Assembly (NCBI GenBank): GCA_963773715.1
Contig: CAVZCM010000001.1
Span: 201,676-265,675 of the forward strand
Length of the DNA: 64,000 nucleotides
Direction of reading: 5' to 3'
Source: an uncultured Pseudomonadota bacterium
GTDB lineage: Bacteria > Pseudomonadota > Alphaproteobacteria > Rhizobiales > Xanthobacteraceae
This document shows, in pieces, positions 1 to 9,262 of the stretch; positions within the stretch are counted from its first letter, which is position 1, and every line of letters begins with the position of its first letter. Both the position numbers and the translations under genes were made by a program. The notes below the pieces were generated by a model. The model was not told where the DNA came from, did no database searches, and was given only the letters and a program-made list of their open reading frames with translations.

Positions 1-507
1 GGCCTCCAGCCGCCGCGCGATCGCCTTGCCGATGCGACCCATGCCGACCATGCCAACGGTGCGATTGCGTAATGTCGCGTTGGTGAGGGGGTATTGCGCA
101 TCCGGCCATTTGCCTGCCCGCAGATAGCGGTCGGCCTGCGGGAACTCGCGTACCGTGCAGAGCAGAAGCCCGAGCGCGGTATCGGCCACCTCCTCGTTCA
201 GCACTTCCGGCGTGTTGGTGACGACGATGCCGTGCTCGCCCGCCCATTTGGCGTCGACGTGATCGTAGCCGACGCCGAAGCTCGACACCTGCTCGAGCTT
301 CGGGAAACGCTGCATGAATTCCGGGCTGATCGGCTCGTTGGTGTAGGTGACCGCAATGGCGCCGATCTTTCCGGCAATCGGTTTGAGGAAGGCGTCCCGA
401 TCCGCGGCCTCGATCAGCTTGTGCAGATTCACGCGGGACGCCAGTCCTTCCATGATGACGGACTTTTCCTTTCCGACCAGCAGGACGTGCGGCTTTTCGC
501 CAGCCAT
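1..507 (-). CDS. D-isomer-specific 2-hydroxyacid dehydrogenase (glyoxylate/hydroxypyruvate reductase-like), 3' end outside window
   Basis: Manual translation from ATG at 507: MAGEKPHVLLVG...SSFGVGYDHVD...VTNTPEVLNEEVADTALGLLL...RTVGMVGMGRIGKAIARRLEA (GxGxxG Rossmann motif). No stop before the window edge, so it is absent from the ORF track. Confidence 0.9.
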   Translation of the reverse strand, partial: MAGEKPHVLLVGKEKSVIMEGLASRVNLHKLIEAADRDAFLKPIAGKIGAIAVTYTNEPISPEFMQRFPKLEQVSSFGVGYDHVDAKWAGEHGIVVTNTPEVLNEEVADTALGLLLCTVREFPQADRYLRAGKWPDAQYPLTNATLRNRTVGMVGMGRIGKAIARRLEA

Positions 508-519
508 GAATCTCTCCTA

Positions 520-1862
520 TCAAATCAAAGCGGTGACCGGCTTTTCAACCAGCGACTTGAACGCCGCCAGCAATTCCGCGCCGAGCGCGCCGTCGAGCAC
601 GCGGTGGTCGCAGGACAATGTGGCCGTCATCTGGCTGACGAACTTCACAGCTCCGTCCTCGGTCTCGACCGGTGCCCGGCGCGCGGCGCCCACCGCCAGG
701 ATCGTCGCATGCGGCGGATTGATGATGGCGGTGAACTCGCGCATGCCGTACATGCCGAGATTGGAGATGGCGCTGGCGCCGCCCTGGTATTCGTTGGGCT
801 TGAGCTTCTTCGCGCGCGCGCGTTCGGCGAGGTCGCGCATCTCCACCGAAATGGCGGTGACCGACTTGGCTTCGACGTTGCGCAGACCGGCGTGATCAGA
901 CCGCCATCGAGCGCCACCGCCACGCCGATGTCGGCATGGGCGAAACGCAGGATACGGTCCTGCGCCCACACCGCGTTGGCGGCGGGTACGCGCAACAATG
1001 CCGCCGCCCAGGCCTTGATGATGAAGTCGTTGAGCGAGAGCCTGAAGACCGGCTGGCCGTCCTTGTCCCTGGGTGCGGCGGCATTCGCCTCCTCGCGCAT
1101 CGAAAGCAGTCGTCCGATGTCGATGTCGGCCATCAGATAGAAGGTCGGGATGGTCTGCACCGCCTCGGTCAGGCGCGTGGCGATGGTGGTGCGCATGGAA
1201 TCGAGCGGCACTTCCTCGTAAGGAATGCCCTCGAACAGCGCCTTGACCTGCGCGGCGCTCGCGCCGGTCGCCAGCGCGCGACCGGCCGTGGCAGGTCCCG
1301 CCTTCTCGACGTCGGCCGCAACAACGCGGCCATGCGGACCGGAGCCCTTGACGTTGGACAGATCGATGCCGCGTTCACCCGCCAACCGCCGCGCCAGCGG
1401 CGTCGCCACCGCGCCACCGGGCAGCTTCGCCGGCCCGTAGTTGCGCTCCGGCGTACGCACCTCGCGGAAGGGATCCATGTTGGGATAGGCGAAGGAGCGG
1501 CTCTCACCCCGCTCTTCCCTGCGGGCGGCGGGAGGCGGTGACGCACTGCGCTGCGACTTCGCTTGCACGGAAGCGGCTTCAGCCGGCTTCGTGGTCACCG
1601 CGGCCGCCGCAGGCGCGCGGGCCGCTTCGCCGTCGCCGGCAATCACCGCCACCACGGCGCCAACCCTGGCGGTCTCGCCGACCTGGAAGCGGATATCGGT
1701 GAGCGTGCCGGCGCTGGTGGCCGGCACTTCCATCGAGGTCTTGTCGGTCTCGATCTCGAACAGGTTCTCGCCCGGCTTCACGCTGTCGCCGGCCGCCTTG
1801 AACCATTTCACGATCTTGCCCTCGGCGACGGTCTCGCCGAGCTGCGGCATCAGCACGTCCAT
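520..1862 (-). pseudogene. 2-oxoacid dehydrogenase E2 (dihydrolipoamide acyltransferase), split by a 1-bp deletion near 885 (true pseudogene or sequencing error)
   Basis: ORF 645..1862 has the lipoyl domain (FEIETDKTSMEVP), E3-binding domain (ATPLARRLAGERGIDLSNVKGSGPHGRV) and the start of the catalytic domain up to GGLITPV. ORF 520..969 continues in another frame with LRNVEAKSVTAI...SNLGMYG...TLSCDHRVLDGA (catalytic DHRxxDG). Confidence 0.85.
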
Positions 1863-1876
1863 TTACGTCCCTCGTG

Positions 1877-2287
1877 TCACTTGATGCGTTCCCAAGTGAC
1901 TTCCAGTGTCGAATTGGGTGGCCGCAACACCAGCCGATCGCCGGTGAATTCATATCGGCGGACCAGATCACCGGAGTCGCCCGGCTGGATGCTGGCTTGG
2001 CGATGATGCGTCACCGTCCCGGCCTGCTCGTCAATCGAATAGGTGCCGAAATATGCGATGTAGTCGGTGAGCGCGAGCTTGGCCTCCTCCGGGGTCATGA
2101 CGTCGCCGGCGCGCTTGCGCTCGACGTCAGGCGCGATCTGCACCGCGATCTCGCCGTGCGGGCCGTAGTAGATCATGCCCTTCGGATTGGCGCCGCGATC
2201 CCAGCTTCCACCATTGATCCGCGTCCCGACATAGCGCCAGGCGCCAATCAGCTTCTTGGCGACTTCGCCCTGTGTTCCCGCGCTCAT
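1877..2287 (-). CDS. Lipocalin-like domain protein (Lipocalin_5 type)
   Basis: LIGAWRYV, GMIYYGPHG, YIAYFGTYSID and VRRYEFTGDRLVL motifs typical of this beta-barrel family. Confidence 0.75.
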   Translation of the reverse strand: MSAGTQGEVAKKLIGAWRYVGTRINGGSWDRGANPKGMIYYGPHGEIAVQIAPDVERKRAGDVMTPEEAKLALTDYIAYFGTYSIDEQAGTVTHHRQASIQPGDSGDLVRRYEFTGDRLVLRPPNSTLEVTWERIK

Positions 2288-2306
2288 GCCTTGCTTCTTC
2301 GCCCGC

Positions 2307-3758
2307 TCACCAGGCCACCGACACGTATTGCGTCTCGAGGAACTCCTTCATGCCTTCCTGCGCGCCTTCGCGTCCCAGGCCGGACTGCTTGACGCCGCCG
2401 AAGGGCGCCGCCGGATCGGAGACGAGCCCGCGGTTGAGGCCGATCATGCCGAACTCGAGCTTCTCCGACACGCGCATGCCGCGGCTCAGGTCCCTGGTAT
2501 AGAGGTAGGCGACGAGACCGTATTCGGTGTCGTTGGCGCGCCTGATCACTTCGTCTTCGGTCCTGAAGGTCTGGATCGACGCGACCGGCCCGAAGATTTC
2601 CTCGTTCAGCATCTTGGCGTCGTCGGAGACGTTGGTGAGCACGGTCGCGGGATAGAAGAAGCCGGGGCCATCCGGCAGCTTGCCGCCGGTCAATACCTTG
2701 GCGCCTTTCGACACCGCGTCATCGACCAGTTCGATCACCTTGTCGCGGCCGTCCTTGTTGACCAGCGGCCCGAGATTGACGCCTTCGTCGAGGCCATTCC
2801 CGATCTTGAGGCCGGCCATTTTGGCGGTGAGTTTTTTCGCGAACTCGTCGTGCACCTTCTCGTGCACATAGAAGCGGTTCGCTGCGGTGCAGGCCTCACC
2901 CATGTTGCGCATCTTGGCGATCATCGCGCCGTCGATGGCGGCGTCGATATCGGCATCCTCGAACACCAGGAACGGCGCGTTGCCGCCCAGTTCCATCGCC
3001 GGCTTGACGATGTTGTCGGCGGCCTCGTGCAGCAGCTTGCGGCCGACCTCGGTCGAGCCGGTGAACGACACCACGCGCACGCGCGGATCGTGCAGCATGG
3101 CCGAGACCACCTTGCCGGACGAGCGCGAGGGGATGACGTTGACCACCCCCGGCGGCACGCCGGCTTCTTCCAGCGCCGGCATCAGCGCCAGCATGGTGAG
3201 CGGCGTATCAGACGCGGGCTTCAGCACCACCGGGCAGCCGGCGGCGAGCGCCGGGCCGATCTTGCGCGTCGCCATGGCGGCGGGAAAGTTCCACGGCGTC
3301 ACCAGCACCGCGATGCCGGCCGGCTTGTGCTGCGCGACGATGCGCGCGCCGGAAGCCGGCGCCGTCGAAATGGTGCCGAGATTGCGCACGGCCTCCTCGG
3401 CGTACCAGCGGAAGAACTCCGCGGCGTAGGCCACCTCGCCACGCGAGTCGGGCAGCGCCTTGCCGTTTTCCAGGGTGATCAGCTTCGCGAAGCGTTCGGC
3501 GTCGCGCATGATCAGTTCGTAGCACTTGCGCAGGATCTCGCCGCGCTCGCGCGGCTTGCGGCCGGCCCAGTCGGCGAAGGCGCCTTCGGCGGCGTCGAGC
3601 GCGGCCATGGCGTCGTCCACCGTGGCGCTTGCTACGGATGCAATGGTGCGCTCGGTCGCCGGATCGGTCACGTCGAAACGGCCGTTGTCGGAAGCCTTGC
3701 GCCACTTGCCGCCGATCCACAGGTCGGTCGGAACGTTGGCGAGGAGATTTTCGTACAT
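2307..3758 (-). CDS. gabD: NAD(P)-dependent succinate-semialdehyde dehydrogenase-like aldehyde dehydrogenase
   Basis: TPWNFP, FTGSTEVG, MELGGNAPF, catalytic Cys in MGEACTAANR, EEIFGP, PFGGVKQSGLGREG. Confidence 0.85.
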   Translation of the reverse strand: MYENLLANVPTDLWIGGKWRKASDNGRFDVTDPATERTIASVASATVDDAMAALDAAEGAFADWAGRKPRERGEILRKCYELIMRDAERFAKLITLENGKALPDSRGEVAYAAEFFRWYAEEAVRNLGTISTAPASGARIVAQHKPAGIAVLVTPWNFPAAMATRKIGPALAAGCPVVLKPASDTPLTMLALMPALEEAGVPPGVVNVIPSRSSGKVVSAMLHDPRVRVVSFTGSTEVGRKLLHEAADNIVKPAMELGGNAPFLVFEDADIDAAIDGAMIAKMRNMGEACTAANRFYVHEKVHDEFAKKLTAKMAGLKIGNGLDEGVNLGPLVNKDGRDKVIELVDDAVSKGAKVLTGGKLPDGPGFFYPATVLTNVSDDAKMLNEEIFGPVASIQTFRTEDEVIRRANDTEYGLVAYLYTRDLSRGMRVSEKLEFGMIGLNRGLVSDPAAPFGGVKQSGLGREGAQEGMKEFLETQYVSVAW

Positions 3759-3782
3759 GGCGATATTCCTTCACTCTCGGTT

Positions 3783-3869
3783 GTCATGGCCGGGCTTGTC
3801 CCGGCCATCTCGCTGAGGAACGCGTTGTGCCCTCCTAAGCGGGGTCACCGGGACAAGCCCGGTGACGAC
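3783..3869. repeat. REP-like intergenic palindrome (GTCATGGCCGGGCTTGTCCCGGCCATC ... CCGGGACAAGCCCGGTGACGAC family)
   Basis: Two terminal hairpins in inverted orientation, located between pdhB-like and gabD. Confidence 0.85.
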
Positions 3870-3874
3870 AGAAG

Positions 3875-4855
3875 CTAGCTGTTCAGCGACCGCTTCACCG
3901 TTTCGACGATGCGCTCCGGCGTCGGCAGCACGGCGTCTTCCAGAATGTCGGCCGCCGGCAACGGGATGTGCGGCGTGGTGATGCGCACCGGCGGGCCGTC
4001 GAGATCGTAGAAGGCCTCGTCGGCCGCGATTGACACGATCTCGGCGCCCCAGCCGCACAGCCGCGGATTTTCCTCGACCGTGAACAGCCGGTGGGTACGC
4101 GCGACCGAGCCCAGAATCGTCTGTGTGTCGAGCGGCACCAGCGATCGCACGTCGACAACTTCGCAGTCGATGCCGTGTTCCGCCTGCAACGTCTCCGCCG
4201 CCGCCAGCGCGCGTGGCACCATCAGCGCCAGCGCCAGGATGGTGGCGTCCTTGCCGGGCCGCACGATCCTGGCGGTGCCAAGCTTGTCGACGATCTCGCC
4301 GTCGGGCACCTCGCCCTTGGTGGCGTAAAGCGACTTGTGCTCGAGGAAGATCACGGGATCGGGATCGCGCACCGCGGCCGCCAGCAGGCCGATCACGTCC
4401 GCCGGCGACGACGGCGCCACCACCTTCAGGCCCGGGATCATCATGCACCAGTTCTCGACGCTCTGGGAATGCTGCGCGCCGAAACGCGACCCGGCGCCGT
4501 TGCCGGTACGCACCACCAGCGGGCATTTGGTCTGCCCGTTCGACATGTAGCGACTCTTCGGGAATTCGTTGGCGATGTAGTCAAAGCAGACCGCGAAGAA
4601 GTCCGAAAACATGATCTCGGCGATCGGTTTCAGGCCGGTCATGGCCGCGCCCATGGCGGCGCCGAGTATGGCCTGTTCGGAAATCGGCGTGTCGCGCACG
4701 CGCAGCGGCCCGAACATCTCGTAGAGGCCCACGGTCGCCTTGAACACGCCGCCGGCTTTCGCCACGTCCTCGCCGAGGAAGACGACGTCCTGGTCACGTT
4801 CCATCTCCTGGGCGATGCCGCGGATCACGGCATCACGGTACGTCAGTTCCGGCAT
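3875..4855 (-). CDS. TPP-dependent 2-oxoacid/acetoin dehydrogenase E1 beta subunit
   Basis: From MPELTYRDAV: GEDV, RVRDTPISEQAILG, EIMFSDF, HSQS, FLEHK, EVVDVRSLVPLD. Start reassigned to the ATG at 4855. Confidence 0.9.
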   Translation of the reverse strand: MPELTYRDAVIRGIAQEMERDQDVVFLGEDVAKAGGVFKATVGLYEMFGPLRVRDTPISEQAILGAAMGAAMTGLKPIAEIMFSDFFAVCFDYIANEFPKSRYMSNGQTKCPLVVRTGNGAGSRFGAQHSQSVENWCMMIPGLKVVAPSSPADVIGLLAAAVRDPDPVIFLEHKSLYATKGEVPDGEIVDKLGTARIVRPGKDATILALALMVPRALAAAETLQAEHGIDCEVVDVRSLVPLDTQTILGSVARTHRLFTVEENPRLCGWGAEIVSIAADEAFYDLDGPPVRITTPHIPLPAADILEDAVLPTPERIVETVKRSLNS

Positions 4856-4856
4856 G

Positions 4857-5891
4857 TCAGTTTCTCCATGCCCAGCCGCCATCGGCATAGACATCGGCGG
4901 TGATGATATCGAGCGGCGGGTTCGGCGCCGCCTTGCAGGTTTCGGTCGCGTCATCGACGATCTTGCGCACTTCGGCGTCGATGCCGGCGATGACCTTTTC
5001 CGTGATGCCGAATTGCAGCAGCCGCTCCTTGTAGATCTTGATCGGGTCGCGCTGCTTCCAGCGCTCGAGCTCGCCCTCGGGACGGTACTTGGCCGGGTCG
5101 GCGCGCGAGTGGCCGCTGTGGCGATAGGTGAGGCACTCGATCAGCGACGGCCCCTCACCCGCGCGCGCCTTGTCGTAGGCGGCTTTCGCCGTGCGGTAGA
5201 CCTCGTCGGCATCGTTGCCATCGATGAGGATACGCTCCAGGCCGTAGGCCGAGGCACGGTCGGCAGCCGGATTCGGCACCGCGGTGACGTCGGCGATCGG
5301 CGTGTACTCCATGTAGAGATTGTTCTCGCACACGAAGATCACCGGCAGCTTCCACACCGCCGCAAAATTGAGCGCCTCGTGGAAGGCGCCGATGTTGGTG
5401 GTGCCGTCGCCGAAGAAGCAGACCGAGACGTCCTTGGCGCCCTTGTACTGGGCGCGCCAGGCGGCGCCGCAGGCGATCGGCAGATGTGCGCCGATAATGG
5501 CGTAGGAGCCCATCACGCCGTGCTCCTCGGAGGTCAGGTGCATGGAGCCGCCCTTGCCGCGCATCAGGCCGTTGTCGCGCTGCATCAGTTCGCCCAGCAC
5601 CTTCTCCACGCTGACGCCACGCGCCAGGGTGTGGGCATGGCCGCGATAGGTGCAGAAGGAGAGATCGCCCGCTTCCATAGCGCCGGCAAATCCGGCCGCC
5701 ACCGCTTCCTGACCGAGCGAGAGATGGCTCGTTCCCTTGACCAGGTTCTGCAGAAACAGGTCGAACGCCCGCTGCTCGGCTTCGCGGATCACCACCTGGG
5801 TCCGGTACATCTCCAGGCGTTTCTGCTCGCCGATGTCGTCGTTCAAGCCGGTGCCGGCAGCCGCCTGCGCCCGGTCTTTCGCTGTGGCCAT
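4857..5891 (-). CDS. TPP-dependent 2-oxoacid/acetoin dehydrogenase E1 alpha subunit
   Basis: HLSLGQEA, TYRGH, GKGGSMH, TPP motif GDG...FHEALN, TYRHSGHSRADP. Confidence 0.9.
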   Translation of the reverse strand: MATAKDRAQAAAGTGLNDDIGEQKRLEMYRTQVVIREAEQRAFDLFLQNLVKGTSHLSLGQEAVAAGFAGAMEAGDLSFCTYRGHAHTLARGVSVEKVLGELMQRDNGLMRGKGGSMHLTSEEHGVMGSYAIIGAHLPIACGAAWRAQYKGAKDVSVCFFGDGTTNIGAFHEALNFAAVWKLPVIFVCENNLYMEYTPIADVTAVPNPAADRASAYGLERILIDGNDADEVYRTAKAAYDKARAGEGPSLIECLTYRHSGHSRADPAKYRPEGELERWKQRDPIKIYKERLLQFGITEKVIAGIDAEVRKIVDDATETCKAAPNPPLDIITADVYADGGWAWRN

Positions 5892-5967
5892 GGGGATTTC
5901 CTCAACCGCGTGTTCTTGTTGGCGGGCCGGAACTTACCGCCGATGAATACATGACCGCAAGGCGATG

Positions 5968-6900
5968 TCATTCCGGCGGATCCTGGAGCGCCCCTTCGCT
6001 GACGGCGCGCTGGCCCATCTTGCGCTCACGATAGAGCAGATAGAGGCCGGAACTGACCACCATGGCGGCGCCGGCCAGCGTCCAGCCGGTGGGCAGACTG
6101 CCGAATACCACGTAGCCCAGGATCGTCACCCAGATGAGCTGGGTATAGACGAAGGGCGAAAGCACCGAAGCCGGCGCCAGCTTGTGGCCGGAGATCAGAC
6201 AGAAATGCCCCAGACTGCCGAGCACGCCGGTTCCCAGCATCAGCGCGGCAATGAAGGCATCGGATGGCGGGCTCCACACGAAAGGCAGCACCGGCAACAT
6301 CACCAGCGCACCGATCATGTTGCCGTAGAACAGCGAAGTCTGGTTGGAATCGGTGCGCGAGACGATGCGGGTGATCACCGCGTAGAAGCCGTAGCAGATG
6401 GTGGCTGCGAGGGAGAACAGCGCCGCCGGCTGCATGCTGCCGGTGCCGGGCCGCGTAATCAGCAGCACGCCGCAAAAGCCGAACAGGATCGCCAGCCAGC
6501 GCCGCCAGCCGATCCATTCGCCGAGCAGCGGACCGGCGGCGATCGCCACGATAAAGGGAAACGTGAAGATGATCGCCAGCACGTCGGCGAGCTGCATGTA
6601 GCGCAGCGCCAGGAAATTGAGCGCGGTCGACGCCACCAGGAGCAGCGAACGCGTGAGCTGCAGGCGCATACTGCCGGTGCGCAGCAGGTCCGGCCTGGTG
6701 AGCGGATTGGAAATGGCGAGGGTCAGCACGAAGGCGCTGGTGTAGCGCGCCCAGACGATCTGCAGCGTATCCATCCGGGTGTTGAGATACTTCGCCGTGG
6801 TGTCGAGGCAGGCGAACAACGCCACCGCGCTGCACATCAGCGCGATGCCGATCAGCCGCTGGCGGCGCCGGGCAGCGATTTCGTCGATTGATGCAGCCAC
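5968..6900 (-). CDS. DMT/EamA-family transporter
   Basis: About 10 hydrophobic segments; LLGEWIGWRRW and APASVLSPFVYTQLIW motifs. Confidence 0.85.
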   Translation of the reverse strand: MAASIDEIAARRRQRLIGIALMCSAVALFACLDTTAKYLNTRMDTLQIVWARYTSAFVLTLAISNPLTRPDLLRTGSMRLQLTRSLLLVASTALNFLALRYMQLADVLAIIFTFPFIVAIAAGPLLGEWIGWRRWLAILFGFCGVLLITRPGTGSMQPAALFSLAATICYGFYAVITRIVSRTDSNQTSLFYGNMIGALVMLPVLPFVWSPPSDAFIAALMLGTGVLGSLGHFCLISGHKLAPASVLSPFVYTQLIWVTILGYVVFGSLPTGWTLAGAAMVVSSGLYLLYRERKMGQRAVSEGALQDPPE

Positions 6901-7090
6901 GGCAGCCTTGTTAGCCAGGCCAGAGCCCCGTGGCGAGGGGCGAAATCATCAGCCCTGCCCTGCCGGCTCTGCAGGCTTGTGCTTCAACCGGCGCCGCGCC
7001 ATACTTGAGATGTGGGGCCAGCGACGGTCGCCCCGTTTTTCCAAGGCTTGCGAGCCCAAGCACCGTCTCCTTCGCCAACGGAGGGGACTC

Positions 7091-7915
7091 ATGCTGTCCG
7101 CAAGCTATTCAATTTCCCCGCAAGCGCTATGGAACTCGATCGCGACTTCACGTGCGCCGCTGATCATCGATGCGCGCCGGCGCGACGCCTATGATGGCTC
7201 GCCACAGCTGCTTCCCGGCGCGGTCTGGCGCGACGCCCACGCCGTGCGCCAATGGGCAGCCGCGCTCGACCGCGACGCGCCAATTGTTGTCGCCTGCAAG
7301 GCCGGACACGAAATGAGCCAATCGAGCGTCGCGAATTTGCGTGCCGACGGAATTGACGCCCGCGTTCTGGAAGGCGGCTATGAAGCCTGGGCGGCAGCCG
7401 GCCTGCCCTTTGTCACCAAAGCCGAGCTTGATCGCATTACACCCGCGCGGCCCGGTTTGTGGGTGACGCGGCGGCGGCCAAAGATTGACCGGGTCGCCTG
7501 CCCCTGGCTGATCCGCCGGTTTCTCGATCCCGAAGCGCGCATCCTGTACGTCGACCCGGACCAGGTCAGAAACGTCGCGCGCGAAACCGGCAGCGTGCCC
7601 TTCGACATCCCGGACATCGAGCTGAGCCACGAAGGCGAGAACTGCACGTTCGACACCATGCTCAAGCTCTTCGGGCTCGCCAGTGAACCATCATTGGCGC
7701 GGCTCGCCCTGATCGTGCGGGGCGCCGACACCGCCCGCCCCGACCTCGCGGCGGAAGCCGCCGGGCTGCACGCGGTGGCTATTGGCCTGTCGGCGCTCGC
7801 CGACGATGATGACCACGGGCTGCTGGAACGCGGCTTGCTTGTCTATGACGCCCTGTTCGCCTGGCTGCGCTTTGCCGCCGACGAACGGCACAATTGGCCC
7901 GCCAAGGCAGCCTGA
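7091..7915 (+). CDS. chrB: Chromate resistance protein ChrB (rhodanese-like N-domain + ChrB C-domain)
   Basis: IIDARRRDAY...LPGA...VVACKAGHEMS (rhodanese-like), then WVTRRRPKIDRVACPWLIRRFLDPEA and HEGENCTFD. Directly upstream of chrA; RBS-like GGAGGG before ATG 7091. Confidence 0.85.
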   Translation: MLSASYSISPQALWNSIATSRAPLIIDARRRDAYDGSPQLLPGAVWRDAHAVRQWAAALDRDAPIVVACKAGHEMSQSSVANLRADGIDARVLEGGYEAWAAAGLPFVTKAELDRITPARPGLWVTRRRPKIDRVACPWLIRRFLDPEARILYVDPDQVRNVARETGSVPFDIPDIELSHEGENCTFDTMLKLFGLASEPSLARLALIVRGADTARPDLAAEAAGLHAVAIGLSALADDDDHGLLERGLLVYDALFAWLRFAADERHNWPAKAA

Positions 7916-7930
7916 AAGCGACGGCCTGAC

Positions 7931-9262
7931 GTGGACTCCCAACAGAAGGCGCCCCCCGGCTTCGGCGAAGCCCTCAAGGTCTGGTTCAAGGTCGGCTGCC
8001 TGTCGTTCGGCGGACCGGCGGGCCAGATCGCGTTGATGCACCGTATCGTCGTCGACGAGAAGAAATGGGTGGACGAGCCGCGTTTCCTGCATGCGCTCAA
8101 TTTCTGCATGCTGTTGCCGGGGCCGGAGGCGACCGAACTTGCCACCTACATCGGCTGGCTGCTGCACGGCGTGCGCGGGGGCCTCGTCGCCGGGCTGTTG
8201 TTCGTATTGCCCGGCGCGCTGGTCATGCTCGGCCTGACGCTCGCCTATGTCTATGGCCGCGGGTTCGGGCCGATCGACGGCGCGCTGTTCGGCATCAAGG
8301 CCGCCGTCCTGGTGATCGTGGTCGAAGCGCTGCTCCGCATCGGAAAGCGCGCGTTGAAAACACGTCTCCTGCTGGCGCTGGCCGCCGTCGGCTTTGTCGG
8401 CATCTATTTCCTGGCCCTGCCCTTCCCCCTCATCGTGGCCGTCACGGCGCTGACCGGCTTTTTCGTGGCGGCGCGCGCGCCCGCGGCCCTGGCCCTGGCC
8501 GAAGACGACGTCGCCGCGCCGCCGCCGCGCAGCAAGCGCTGGCGCCGTTTCGCGATCGCCGTAGCGGCCGGCCTGGCGATCTGGTGGGCCCCCGTCGTGC
8601 TGGCGGCCATGCTGTTGGGCAGTGGCCACGTTCTGGTGGCCGTCGGCCTGTTCTTTTCCAAGCTCGCCGTCGTCACTTTTGGCGGCGCCTATGCGGTGCT
8701 TGCCTACATGGCGCAGCAGGCGGTCGACGCACACCAATGGATGTCCGCGTCCGAAATGGTGGACGGGCTCGGGCTTGCGGAGACGACGCCCGGACCCTTG
8801 ATCCTGGTAACGCAGTTCGTCGGTTTCATCGCCGCCTTCCGCGATGCCGCGCCGTTCACGCCGCTGGTCGCCGGGCTGCTCGGCGCGGCGATCACCACAT
8901 GGGTGACGTTCGTGCCGTCCATGCTGTGGATCTTCGCAGGCGCACCGTTCATCGAAGAGCTGCGCGGCAACCGCAAGCTCGCCGGTGCGCTGGCGGCGAT
9001 TACCGCCGCGGTCGTCGGTGTGATCCTCAACCTGTCAGTCTGGTTCGCCCTGCATGTACTGTTCGGCGAAGTCGCCGCCACGCAGATCGGGCCGATACGC
9101 TGGTACGCGTTCGATCCCGCCGCTCTCGACACCCATGCCGCCGTGCTTGCTCTCGTCGCAGCGGTGCTGGCGTTCCGCTTTCACCGCGGGCTGATCGAGG
9201 TCGTGGCCACGATGGCGCTGCTGGGAATGGCCACCAATTTTGCGCTCAAGGCTCTCGTTTGA
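7931..9262 (+). CDS. chrA: Chromate efflux transporter ChrA (long-chain, two-domain)
   Basis: SFGGPAGQIALM, LPGPEATEL, TFGGAYAVL and ETTPGPLI motifs. Confidence 0.92.
   Translation: MDSQQKAPPGFGEALKVWFKVGCLSFGGPAGQIALMHRIVVDEKKWVDEPRFLHALNFCMLLPGPEATELATYIGWLLHGVRGGLVAGLLFVLPGALVMLGLTLAYVYGRGFGPIDGALFGIKAAVLVIVVEALLRIGKRALKTRLLLALAAVGFVGIYFLALPFPLIVAVTALTGFFVAARAPAALALAEDDVAAPPPRSKRWRRFAIAVAAGLAIWWAPVVLAAMLLGSGHVLVAVGLFFSKLAVVTFGGAYAVLAYMAQQAVDAHQWMSASEMVDGLGLAETTPGPLILVTQFVGFIAAFRDAAPFTPLVAGLLGAAITTWVTFVPSMLWIFAGAPFIEELRGNRKLAGALAAITAAVVGVILNLSVWFALHVLFGEVAATQIGPIRWYAFDPAALDTHAAVLALVAAVLAFRFHRGLIEVVATMALLGMATNFALKALV

Noticed and set aside
870-900. Programmed ribosomal frameshifting at the two indel sites (about 885 and 41737)
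   Set aside because: No slippery heptamer, homopolymer run or stimulatory structure, and these families are not known to be recoded.
94-1140. Long + strand ORFs antisense to real genes (for example 94..1140, 2256..3878, 4740..5954, 21071..22708, 25100..26707, 34930..36588)
   Set aside because: Typical high-GC shadow ORFs on the reverse strand of genes with clear family motifs; they show no recognisable domains.
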